Origin: an uncultured Thiotrichaceae bacterium
GTDB lineage: Bacteria > Pseudomonadota > Gammaproteobacteria > SZUA-229
Direction of reading: 5' to 3'
NCBI GenBank assembly: GCA_964522445.1
Contig: CAZFUY010000003.1
Coordinates: 1-54,878 of the forward strand
DNA: 54,878 nt
Shown here: positions 1-8,385 of the stretch, piece by piece
Position numbering within the stretch: the stretch's first letter is position 1
Layout of the letters: every line of letters begins with the position of its first letter
The notes under the pieces: model-generated
Told to the model about the DNA's origin: nothing
The model's database searches: none
Seen by the model: only the letters and a program-made list of their open reading frames with translations
Translations under genes and position numbers: made by a program

Positions 1-101
1 CCGGGATGACGGGATTTGTTTCGTGCAAAGGTCTCTATAAATTAATATTTTTACAAAAGTAATTTATAATTATTGGTCGTTGAGTAAGTTGAAATAAAAT
101 C

Positions 102-1856
102 TTATTTCTTTAATGTATATAGTTCAGAGAGTTCAGATTTTTCTTCGGCAGATAATCCTGTTTCACTTTTTATTAGTAAAGCTTCCAGGCGTTGTTCTTT
201 ATAATGCCGAGTTAAATGATCGATGGCATCTTCAAAAAGTTTAATGCATTGTTTTTCGTGTTCTGCATCAGGTATATCCCATTGCATGAGTTTAGTTAAT
301 GCGCTTTCTTCAGGTGTGTCTCGCCAGCGTTCCAGTAAAACAGAGGGAGAAGAATTGTCCGTTTGATTAATGACTTTATACAATGAAAATAATAGTGACA
401 TGCCTGGGATATTTGCAGCTGATAATATTTCAGGTAGTGTTACTTTTGAGCCTAAAGATGGGTTCTGTAATAACAGGGCAATTGCTAATCGTGTAGAGGT
501 TACTTTTATATGGTGTCTTTGATTTTGTTTTGTTGTTGTCTGGCTTCTGATTTCTGACGGGTTTGTATTGGCAGGCATGTGTTGTTGCATAGCTGAAACA
601 GATAATCCCACACGCCTGGAAAGTTGTTCCATTAATAAATCTTTAAATACACTCTCTGACAATTTTGCAATTAAAGGTTTGCTCAGTTCTGAAAAACGAG
701 CGCGTCCATCGGATGATGTTAAATCAACCTGTTCAGCCAGATGGTTTAACATAAAGTCTGATAAAGGCATGGCATTTTGTAATCTAAATTCAAATGTTTT
801 CTGGCCCTCTTTTCTAACTAGAGTATCTGGGTCTTCGCCGTCAGGTAAAAATAAAAAACGTGCCTGTATGCCATCGCGTAATACAGGTAAACAATTTTCC
901 AGTGCTCGCCATGCGGCTTTTTTTCCGGCAGCATCACCATCAAAACAGAAAATAATTTCTGGCACGACACGAAATAGCTGAGAGATTTGTTCCTGTGATG
1001 TTGCTGTGCCCAGAGTTGCTACGGCATAAGAAATACCGTGTTGTGCCAGGGCAACAACATCCATATAACCTTCAACAATAATAATATGTTTTAATTCACG
1101 AACAGCCTGTCGTGCTTCGTACAGACCATAAAGTTCCTGACCTTTATGGAACACGGGTGTTTCCGGTGAGTTTAAATATTTGGGTTCACCCTGATCCAGA
1201 ATGCGACCACCAAAACCAATGGTTCTGCCTCGACGATCACGAATAGGAAACATAATACGATCACGGAAACGATCATAAAATTTAGATGTCGATTTTTCTA
1301 TTAACAGACCTGCTTTTAATAAAGCGTTTTTTTGATCGTTAGATGTGCCTAATTTCTGAAAAATAAAATCCCAGCTATCAGGGACGTAGCCCATACCAAA
1401 TGTTTTGGCTATTTCACCTGATAAGCCGCGTTTTTTTAAATAATTTATAGCGCGCTGATTTTTCTTTAATTCCTGTTGATAAAATTCACTGGCTTTTTCT
1501 AAGACATGATAAATATTTTTCTTTTCATCACTTTTCTGTGGATCAAAATGGCTTTGATCTCGTGGTACTTCAATATGGTAATCAGCGGCCAGTGCTTCAA
1601 TGGCATCAACAAAATCCAGTCGCTCATACTCCATAATAAATCCAATGGCAGTGCCGTGAGCACCACAACCGAAACAATGATAAAACTGTTTGCTTTGACT
1701 AACTGTAAAAGAAGGGGATTTTTCGTTATGGAAAGGGCAGCAGGCAATATGTTCTTTGCCGCGTTTTTTTAAGGCAACGCGTGAGTCAACGACATCAACA
1801 ATATCAACTTTATTAATTAAGTCGTCGATAAAGTGCTGAGGGATGCGGCCTGCCAT
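102..1856 (-). CDS. dnaG: DNA primase
   Basis: From the internal ATG at 1856 the protein starts MAGRIPQHFIDDLI, as in E. coli DnaG. It has the zinc ribbon CCPFHNEKSPSF...CFGCGAHG and the TOPRIM motifs EGYMDV and DGDAAG. The ORF-track start at 1889 is a GTG inside an intergenic palindromic repeat, so 1856 is preferred. Confidence 0.93.
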   Translation of the reverse strand: MAGRIPQHFIDDLINKVDIVDVVDSRVALKKRGKEHIACCPFHNEKSPSFTVSQSKQFYHCFGCGAHGTAIGFIMEYERLDFVDAIEALAADYHIEVPRDQSHFDPQKSDEKKNIYHVLEKASEFYQQELKKNQRAINYLKKRGLSGEIAKTFGMGYVPDSWDFIFQKLGTSNDQKNALLKAGLLIEKSTSKFYDRFRDRIMFPIRDRRGRTIGFGGRILDQGEPKYLNSPETPVFHKGQELYGLYEARQAVRELKHIIIVEGYMDVVALAQHGISYAVATLGTATSQEQISQLFRVVPEIIFCFDGDAAGKKAAWRALENCLPVLRDGIQARFLFLPDGEDPDTLVRKEGQKTFEFRLQNAMPLSDFMLNHLAEQVDLTSSDGRARFSELSKPLIAKLSESVFKDLLMEQLSRRVGLSVSAMQQHMPANTNPSEIRSQTTTKQNQRHHIKVTSTRLAIALLLQNPSLGSKVTLPEILSAANIPGMSLLFSLYKVINQTDNSSPSVLLERWRDTPEESALTKLMQWDIPDAEHEKQCIKLFEDAIDHLTRHYKEQRLEALLIKSETGLSAEEKSELSELYTLKK

Positions 1857-1867
1857 AAATCTATCTT

Positions 1868-1930
1868 GCAACAGAGGCAAAGAGAGCACAGAGGTGAAAA
1901 GTGTTTTTTGTTTCTCTGTGCCTCTGTGGC
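1868..1930. repeat. CACAGAGG-arm palindromic miniature repeat (copy 1)
   Basis: GCAACAGAGGCAAAGAGA (1868-1885) is 16/18 complementary to TCTCTGTGCCTCTGTGGC (1913-1930). It fills the gltD-dnaG spacer. The same arm motif occurs at 8251-8308 and 31572-31754. Confidence 0.8.
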
Positions 1931-1940
1931 AAATTTTGCA

Positions 1941-3395
1941 TTAGGTATTCATCAAAAACTGATCAATCTGTTCGGCAGCGCCACGGCCTTCATTAATGCC
2001 CCAGACGACCAATGACTGTCCGCGGCGGCAATCGCCAGCGGCATAAACGCCTTTGATGCTGGTTGCATAGTTGCCATATTCTGCCTGATAGTTTGAGCGC
2101 TCATCATGTTCAATGCCCAGTGCATCGCTGATGTAATGTTCTGGCCCTAGAAAGCCCATCGCCAGAAATACTAAATCAGCCGGCCATTCTTTTTCAGAGC
2201 CGGGGATTTCTTTCATATTCCATTTTCCGGTTTCTTCGTCACTTTGCCATTCAACTTCAATAGAAGTGACCGCTGTAAGGTTGCCCTGATCATCGCCGGA
2301 AAAATGTTTGCTTAAGATGCAATAAGTTCGAGGGTCTTTGCCCTGTACCTGTGTGGCTTCTGCGTGCCCATAATCAACGCGGAAGATATGTGGCCATGCG
2401 GGCCATGGATTATTTTCTGCACGTTGTTCAGGAGGTGCAGGCATTAACTCAAAATTAACTACAGATTTACAACCGTGACGTAATGATGTGCCGATACAGT
2501 CAGTGCCTGTATCACCACCGCCTATGACAATTACATTTTTATCTTTTGCAGAAATGTAGTTGCCGTCTTCTAAATTAGAGTCCAGTAAGCTTTTTGTGTT
2601 GGCGGTTAAAAAATCCATCGCAAAGTGAATGCCATTGAGGTCACGACCTTTGACAGGCAAGTCACGAGGTGTAGTTGCGCCGGTTGCCAGTAATAATGCA
2701 TCGTTATTTTGCATGAGTTCTTTAGCGTCAACGTTATTACCCACGTCAGCATTGGTTTTAAATTTAATGCCCGCATCGCGCATTAACTGGACTCGGCGAT
2801 TAATAATGTTTTTTTCCAGTTTCATATTTGGAATGCCGTACATCAGCAGGCCACCAATACGATCTGCACGTTCGTAAACAGTAACTTCATGACCCATTTC
2901 ATTTAATTGTTCAGCGGCGGCCAGACCTGCTGGGCCAGAACCAATAATAGAAACTTTTTTGCCTGTGTGAGTAACAGGTGTTTTAGTTTTAACCCAGCCC
3001 TCATCAAATGCACGATCAATAATAGAGCATTCAATATTTTTAATAGTAACGGCAGGTTCTGTTGCACCTAATACGCAAGCGCCTTCACAGGGAGCAGGAC
3101 AAACACGCCCAGTAAACTCAGGAAAATTATTGGTAAGATGTAAGCGCGCGTTAGCTTCCGGCCAGCGGTTGTTATAAACCAGATCGTTCCATTCAGGAAT
3201 AAGATTATCAACCGGGCAACCTGTTTCTGACTGGCAGAATGGAATACCGCAATCCATGCAGCGCGCACCCTGAATGCTTAGATGCTCTTCTTCATGTGCG
3301 GTGTAAATTTCACCAAAATCTTTTAGACGTTCGGTAACGTCACGATAAGGTTCTGTTTTACGTTCAAATTCTTTAAAGCCTGTGATCTTGCCCAT
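1941..3395 (-). CDS. gltD: glutamate synthase (NADPH) small subunit
   Basis: N-terminus [13 protein letters not shown], Fe-S cysteine cluster CMDCGIPFC...C..C, and dinucleotide fold [12 protein letters not shown]. It lies directly downstream of gltB. Confidence 0.95.
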   Translation of the reverse strand: MGKITGFKEFERKTEPYRDVTERLKDFGEIYTAHEEEHLSIQGARCMDCGIPFCQSETGCPVDNLIPEWNDLVYNNRWPEANARLHLTNNFPEFTGRVCPAPCEGACVLGATEPAVTIKNIECSIIDRAFDEGWVKTKTPVTHTGKKVSIIGSGPAGLAAAEQLNEMGHEVTVYERADRIGGLLMYGIPNMKLEKNIINRRVQLMRDAGIKFKTNADVGNNVDAKELMQNNDALLLATGATTPRDLPVKGRDLNGIHFAMDFLTANTKSLLDSNLEDGNYISAKDKNVIVIGGGDTGTDCIGTSLRHGCKSVVNFELMPAPPEQRAENNPWPAWPHIFRVDYGHAEATQVQGKDPRTYCILSKHFSGDDQGNLTAVTSIEVEWQSDEETGKWNMKEIPGSEKEWPADLVFLAMGFLGPEHYISDALGIEHDERSNYQAEYGNYATSIKGVYAAGDCRRGQSLVVWGINEGRGAAEQIDQFLMNT

Positions 3396-3453
3396 GTTTT
3401 CTTAACTAGCCTTTTTTCAAAAAAAAGATTTAACGAAAATATTTTATAGATTT

Positions 3454-3483
3454 TGTCATCCTTCGGCTACGCTCAGGATGACA
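3454..3483. repeat. GTCATCC...GGATGAC hairpin repeat with CGGCTACGCTC core
   Basis: TGTCATCC (3454-3461) and GGATGACA (3476-3483) flank TTCGGCTACGCTCA. The core matches the inner palindrome at 31634-31697. It sits in the gltB-gltD spacer. Confidence 0.7.
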
Positions 3484-3548
3484 GTAATAAAGTATGTTGC
3501 GTTATTCGTATTTTCTTTTGCTTATAATTTAATATTTTTCAATAAAAC

Positions 3549-6500
3549 TTAAGCTGCATTCGCTTTAGCTTTCTGCTCTTCCAGTACACGTTTGTAATCT
3601 GTTGGCATAACTTTTACAAACTGGCTTAATGTGCCATCCCAGTCATTAAGCATTCGTTGAGCAACTTCAGAGCCGGTGTATTTAAGATGATTTTCAATCA
3701 TGCCTTTTAATTCGGCAATGTCTTCATCGGCAGAAACTGTTTCGAGTTCCACCATGCCCATATTACATTTAGTTGTCAGGTCGCCCTGATGATCCCAGAT
3801 ATAAGCGACGCCACCACTCATGCCTGCTGCAAAGTTACGACCTATAGATCCCAGTACTGCAACACGACCACCTGTCATGTATTCGCAGCCATGATCACCA
3901 ATGCCTTCAACAACAGCATGTGCGCCACTGTTACGTACGCAGAAACGTTCGGCGGCTATGCCACGGAAATAAGCTTCGCCAGAGGTTGCGCCATATAAAC
4001 AAACATTACCAACAAGAATATTTTCTTCAGCCACAAATGTGCTGTTTTTTGCAGGATAAACAATAACGCGGCCACCACTTAAGCCCTTGCCTACATAGTC
4101 ATTGGCATCGCCCTCGACTTCAATGGTAATACCTTTTGCAAGAAAAGCACCTAATGACTGACCGGCTGAACCATTTAATTTAATATTGATTGTGCCGTCT
4201 GCTAATAAATCAGAGCCGTATTTTTTGGCGACTTCATTGGACAGCATAGTCCCCACAACACGGTTGATATTGATAACAGGTAATTCAATATTTACCTGTG
4301 TGCCATTTTCAAGCGCGTCTTTTGATAATTCTATTAACTGATTATCCAGCGCATCTTCAAGGCCATGATCCTGTTTAATCGTTTGATGAACTTCAACATT
4401 CTCATGCGGTTTTTCTGCGGGGGTTAGCAGCATCGTTAAATCAATGCCACTTTGTTTCCAGTGTTCTGAATCAGTAGCCGGTTCCAGGCAATCAACTCTG
4501 CCGATCATTTCATTCACGGTGCGGAAGCCTAACTCAGCCATGTACTGGCGCATATCTTCAGCAACCATAAACAGATAGTTCACTATGTGTTCTGGTTTGC
4601 CACTAAATTTCTTACGCAGCTCTTTATCCTGAGTAGCTATACCGACAGGGCAGGTATTAAGATGACATTTCCGCATCATCACACAGCCCAGCGTAATTAA
4701 TGGCGCGGTTGCAAAACCGTATTCTTCTGCGCCTAGTAATGCAGCGATGGCAACATCACGGCCTGTTTTCATCTGCCCGTCTGTTTGAATAACAACACGT
4801 GAACGCAGGTCATTCATGACCAGTGTCTGATGTGTTTCAGCAACGCCTAATTCCCAGGGTAGACCGGCATGTTTAATTGAGGTGATAGGTGATGCACCCG
4901 TACCGCCATCATGCCCTGCAATAACAATGTGATCTGCATGAGCTTTGGTTACGCCCGATGCAATTGTGCCAACGCCATTTTCTGCAACCAGTTTCACTGA
5001 GATGCGAGCGGCTCTATTGGCATTTTTTAAATCATGAATAAGCTGAGCTAAATCTTCGATAGAATAAATATCGTGATGTGGTGGTGGGCTGATTAAACCA
5101 ACACCCGGTGTTGAATGACGCAGACGAGCAATCAGGTCATCGACTTTAGTGCCGGGTAGCTCTCCACCTTCACCCGGTTTTGCACCCTGTGAAACTTTAA
5201 TCTGTAGTTCGTCTGCATTAGTCAGATAACTAATGGTGACACCAAAACGACCAGAGGCTATCTGTTTAATAGCAGAGCGGCGTGAGTCGCCGTTTTCTTC
5301 TGGTGTCCAGCGAGCAGCATCTTCGCCGCCTTCGCCTGTATTGGATTTTCCGCCCATGCGGTTCATTGCAATGGCTAAAGATTCGTGAGATTCGGGAGAA
5401 ATAGAGCCGAAACTCATGGCGCCTGTTGCAAAACGTTTGACAATTTCTTTAGCAGGCTCAACTTCGTTAATATCTATTGAGCCGCCATTAACGTCCGATT
5501 TAAAATCAAGCATGCCTCTGAGTGTGCATTTTTTAGTATCTTCGTTAGCTAATTTTGAGAAGCGTTCATATGCATTTTTATCACCTGAGCGGGCAGCCTG
5601 TTGTAGATTGGAAATGCTTTGAGGATTCCACATGTGCCTGTCGCCATTAGCGCGCCAGTGCATGTCGCCCTGGTTAGGCAGTAATGTGACATTAGCTTCT
5701 CGCTCTGCATAACCCAGTGCATGACGGCGCATGGATTCTTCTGCGAGCACTTCAAGACTTACGCCCTGGATACGACTGGCTGTGCCTTCAAAGCAGCGGC
5801 TAATAACATCATCGGCCAGTCCAACAGCTTCAAAAATTTGAGCGGCTTTGTATGACTGCAATGTTGATATGCCCATTTTGGCAAATACTTTGAACATGCC
5901 TTTGCCAACAGACTTGCGATAACCTTCAACAATTTTATCATCGGTATCGTATTTATTTGCATCCAGCAGGCCTTTACGTTGGGCATCCCATAATGCTTCA
6001 AAAGCAAGGTAAGGGTTGATTGCATCAATACCGTAACCTGTTAATAAACAGTGGTGATGAACTTCACGTGCTTCCGCCGATTCCAGTACCAGGCCGATAC
6101 GAGTGCGCAGGTGTTTTTTAACTAAATGTTGATGTACTGCGCCTGTGGCTAGCAAAGCGCTGACAGGTATGCGTTCGGCACTGACATTGCGGTCTGACAT
6201 AACAATAAGACTGTGACCATCAGTAATTGCCTGAGTGGCTTCTTTGCAGATACGATCCAGTGCTTTAGCAAGACCTGATGTGCCTTCTGATTTGTTGTAG
6301 GTGATATCAATAGTCTGGGTCGTCCAGCTACGGAAATCCATATGTTTCAGCGCGGCCAGCTCTTCATTGGTAATTATGGGGTGCGGAATTAACAGGCGGT
6401 GGGCGTGTTGCTCTGTTGATTCCAGAAGATTCTTTTCTGGGCCAATGTAACATTGCAGAGACATAACCACTTCTTCACGAATGGAATCGATAGCAGGGTT

Positions 6501-8117
6501 GGTTACCTGTGCAAACAGTTGTTTGAAGTAGTCATAAATCATACGTGATTTATCAGACATGCAGGCCAGTGCGGCATCATTGCCCATAGAGCCTACAGGG
6601 TCACGACCATCTTTAACTAATGGCAATAACATGAACTGCATGGTTTCAGAGGTATAACCAAAGGCGCGCATGCGTGGTAGTAATGTGTCTGGATTGAAAC
6701 CGTGGGGTTCCTGATTAGGTTCCAGTTGTGACAGGGCAATACGCTGATTAGACAGCCATTGATGGTAAGGCTGCTTAGATGCAAATTCGTGTTTCAGTTC
6801 TTCATCGGGAATCATGCGGCCTTTATCAAAATCGATAAGGAACATTTTGCCGGGTTGTAATCGGCCTTTTAATTTAACGTTATCTGAATCTATCGGTAAA
6901 ACACCCACTTCTGATGCCATAATAACGCGGTCATCGTGGGTCAGATAATAACGGCTTGGGCGCAGACCATTACGATCCAGTGTTGCGCCAATATAGCGTC
7001 CATCGGTAAATACAATTGATGCAGGACCATCCCAGGGTTCCATTAAAGCGGACTGGTATTCATAAAAAGCACGTTTTTCTTCTGACATGCAGACATCATT
7101 TTGCCAGGCTTCAGGCACCATCATCATTACTGCTTCCTGCAGGCTACGGCCACCCATAAGCAGGAATTCCAGCACATTATCAAAACTGCCTGAGTCAGAT
7201 ACATCGGGTTCGATAACGGGTAATATGCGCTTAATATCATCACCAAATAGATGACTTTCTGCTGTGCCTTCACGTGCAGTCATCCAGTTGGCATTGCCCA
7301 GACGAGTATTGATTTCACCATTGTGGCTCATAAAACGTTTTGGCTGAGCGCGATCCCATGATGGGAAAGTATTAGTAGAGAAACGAGAGTGCACCATGGC
7401 TAAATGCGCAGTAAAGTCATCAGCCGTTAAATCAGGGTAAAACGGCATCATCTGATCAGGGTTTAACATGCCTTTGTAGACAATGACTTTGGTTGATAGC
7501 GAACAGTAATAGAATAGTTCAGCCTGTTTCAGGTTTTTATTGCTGCGAACAGTGTGCGTGCTGTCTTTACGCAGGATGTAGAGTTTGCGCTCAAATTCAT
7601 CGGAATTAATGCCATTTGCGGCAGCAACAAATAGCTGTTCCATATGCGGCATGGCATGGCGAGCAGTAGCGCCAATATCGGCTTTAATTGGATCAACGGG
7701 CAATTCGCGCCAGCCAATTAATGTCTGGCCTGATTTTTCAATTAGTTCGTTAACCAGTTTCTTGCAGGTCGCGCGTTCTGTTTCATCAACAGGTAAAAAT
7801 ACATTACCTGCGGCATACTGGCCTTTCTCAGGCAGATCAATATTAAATTCTTCTTTAGCAACACGGTTCAGAAATGCGTAGGGCAGGCTAGTTAAGATGC
7901 CCGCGCCATCACCAGTATTAGTTTCACAGCCACATGCACCACGGTGTTCCATGCGACGAAGAATATGGTCTGCATCTTCAATTATCTGATGGCTGGGTTC
8001 GCCTTTAATATGGGCAACAAAGCCGACTCCACAGTTCTCGGTTTCATTAGCTGGGTCATACAGACCCTTTTTATCGGGTAAGCCATATTGGTTAAAGACT
8101 GTGTTTTTATTGCTCAT
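3549..8117 (-). CDS. gltB: glutamate synthase (NADPH) large subunit
   Basis: 1522 aa with the Ntn-amidotransferase start ...NCGVGFVAHIKG, an FMN/3Fe-4S central region and a C-terminal GXGXG beta-helix region (GDANDYVGKGLSGG). Confidence 0.97.
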   Translation of the reverse strand: MSNKNTVFNQYGLPDKKGLYDPANETENCGVGFVAHIKGEPSHQIIEDADHILRRMEHRGACGCETNTGDGAGILTSLPYAFLNRVAKEEFNIDLPEKGQYAAGNVFLPVDETERATCKKLVNELIEKSGQTLIGWRELPVDPIKADIGATARHAMPHMEQLFVAAANGINSDEFERKLYILRKDSTHTVRSNKNLKQAELFYYCSLSTKVIVYKGMLNPDQMMPFYPDLTADDFTAHLAMVHSRFSTNTFPSWDRAQPKRFMSHNGEINTRLGNANWMTAREGTAESHLFGDDIKRILPVIEPDVSDSGSFDNVLEFLLMGGRSLQEAVMMMVPEAWQNDVCMSEEKRAFYEYQSALMEPWDGPASIVFTDGRYIGATLDRNGLRPSRYYLTHDDRVIMASEVGVLPIDSDNVKLKGRLQPGKMFLIDFDKGRMIPDEELKHEFASKQPYHQWLSNQRIALSQLEPNQEPHGFNPDTLLPRMRAFGYTSETMQFMLLPLVKDGRDPVGSMGNDAALACMSDKSRMIYDYFKQLFAQVTNPAIDSIREEVVMSLQCYIGPEKNLLESTEQHAHRLLIPHPIITNEELAALKHMDFRSWTTQTIDITYNKSEGTSGLAKALDRICKEATQAITDGHSLIVMSDRNVSAERIPVSALLATGAVHQHLVKKHLRTRIGLVLESAEAREVHHHCLLTGYGIDAINPYLAFEALWDAQRKGLLDANKYDTDDKIVEGYRKSVGKGMFKVFAKMGISTLQSYKAAQIFEAVGLADDVISRCFEGTASRIQGVSLEVLAEESMRRHALGYAEREANVTLLPNQGDMHWRANGDRHMWNPQSISNLQQAARSGDKNAYERFSKLANEDTKKCTLRGMLDFKSDVNGGSIDINEVEPAKEIVKRFATGAMSFGSISPESHESLAIAMNRMGGKSNTGEGGEDAARWTPEENGDSRRSAIKQIASGRFGVTISYLTNADELQIKVSQGAKPGEGGELPGTKVDDLIARLRHSTPGVGLISPPPHHDIYSIEDLAQLIHDLKNANRAARISVKLVAENGVGTIASGVTKAHADHIVIAGHDGGTGASPITSIKHAGLPWELGVAETHQTLVMNDLRSRVVIQTDGQMKTGRDVAIAALLGAEEYGFATAPLITLGCVMMRKCHLNTCPVGIATQDKELRKKFSGKPEHIVNYLFMVAEDMRQYMAELGFRTVNEMIGRVDCLEPATDSEHWKQSGIDLTMLLTPAEKPHENVEVHQTIKQDHGLEDALDNQLIELSKDALENGTQVNIELPVININRVVGTMLSNEVAKKYGSDLLADGTINIKLNGSAGQSLGAFLAKGITIEVEGDANDYVGKGLSGGRVIVYPAKNSTFVAEENILVGNVCLYGATSGEAYFRGIAAERFCVRNSGAHAVVEGIGDHGCEYMTGGRVAVLGSIGRNFAAGMSGGVAYIWDHQGDLTTKCNMGMVELETVSADEDIAELKGMIENHLKYTGSEVAQRMLNDWDGTLSQFVKVMPTDYKRVLEEQKAKANAA

Positions 8118-8130
8118 ACTTGCCTCTGAA

Positions 8131-8152
8131 TATCTGAGTTCTGACTCAGATA
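8131..8152 (-). promoter_or_regulatory. perfect 9-bp inverted repeat in the gltB leader
   Basis: TATCTGAGT-TCTG-ACTCAGATA. On the mRNA strand it ends 3 nt before the AGAGG Shine-Dalgarno and 14 nt before the gltB ATG. Function is unknown; it could be an operator or a 5'-UTR hairpin. Confidence 0.3.
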
Positions 8153-8250
8153 CATGTGTATATTCTGCTATCGTGCGGGCGAACAGGGTCGGCTATTTTA
8201 GCGGAAGCTGGGACTAAAAAAAAGCTAGATTAAAAGTGTTTGATATAGAG

Positions 8251-8308
8251 ACACAGAGGTGCAGAGAAATTTTAAGTTAAAAAATGCTGCATCTCTGTGC
8301 TTCTGTAT
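8251..8308. repeat. CACAGAGG-arm palindromic miniature repeat (copy 2)
   Basis: ACAGAGGTGCAGAGA (8253-8267) pairs with TCTCTGTGCTTCTGT (8292-8306), giving 12 Watson-Crick pairs and 3 G-T pairs on the + strand. Confidence 0.7.
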
Positions 8309-8385
8309 TATATATTTAAGTAAACTCTATTTAAATCAATCGGTTATGGTTTTTATTGATATTAAATAACAGGCTATCTTTAAGG

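Noticed and set aside
7585-7881. Antisense shadow ORFs inside well-supported genes (for example 568-981, 7585-7881, 32654-33061, 45985-46458)
   Set aside because: Each lies fully within a CDS on the opposite strand whose product has unmistakable family motifs. Their compositions are low-complexity (Ser/Ala/Leu-rich), typical of antisense frames.
8253-8306. Strand-specific RNA structure inferred from three G-T (G-U) pairs, all on the + strand of repeat copy 2
   Set aside because: Three transition mismatches falling on the same strand has roughly a one-in-four chance expectation. That is not evidence for selection on an antisense RNA.
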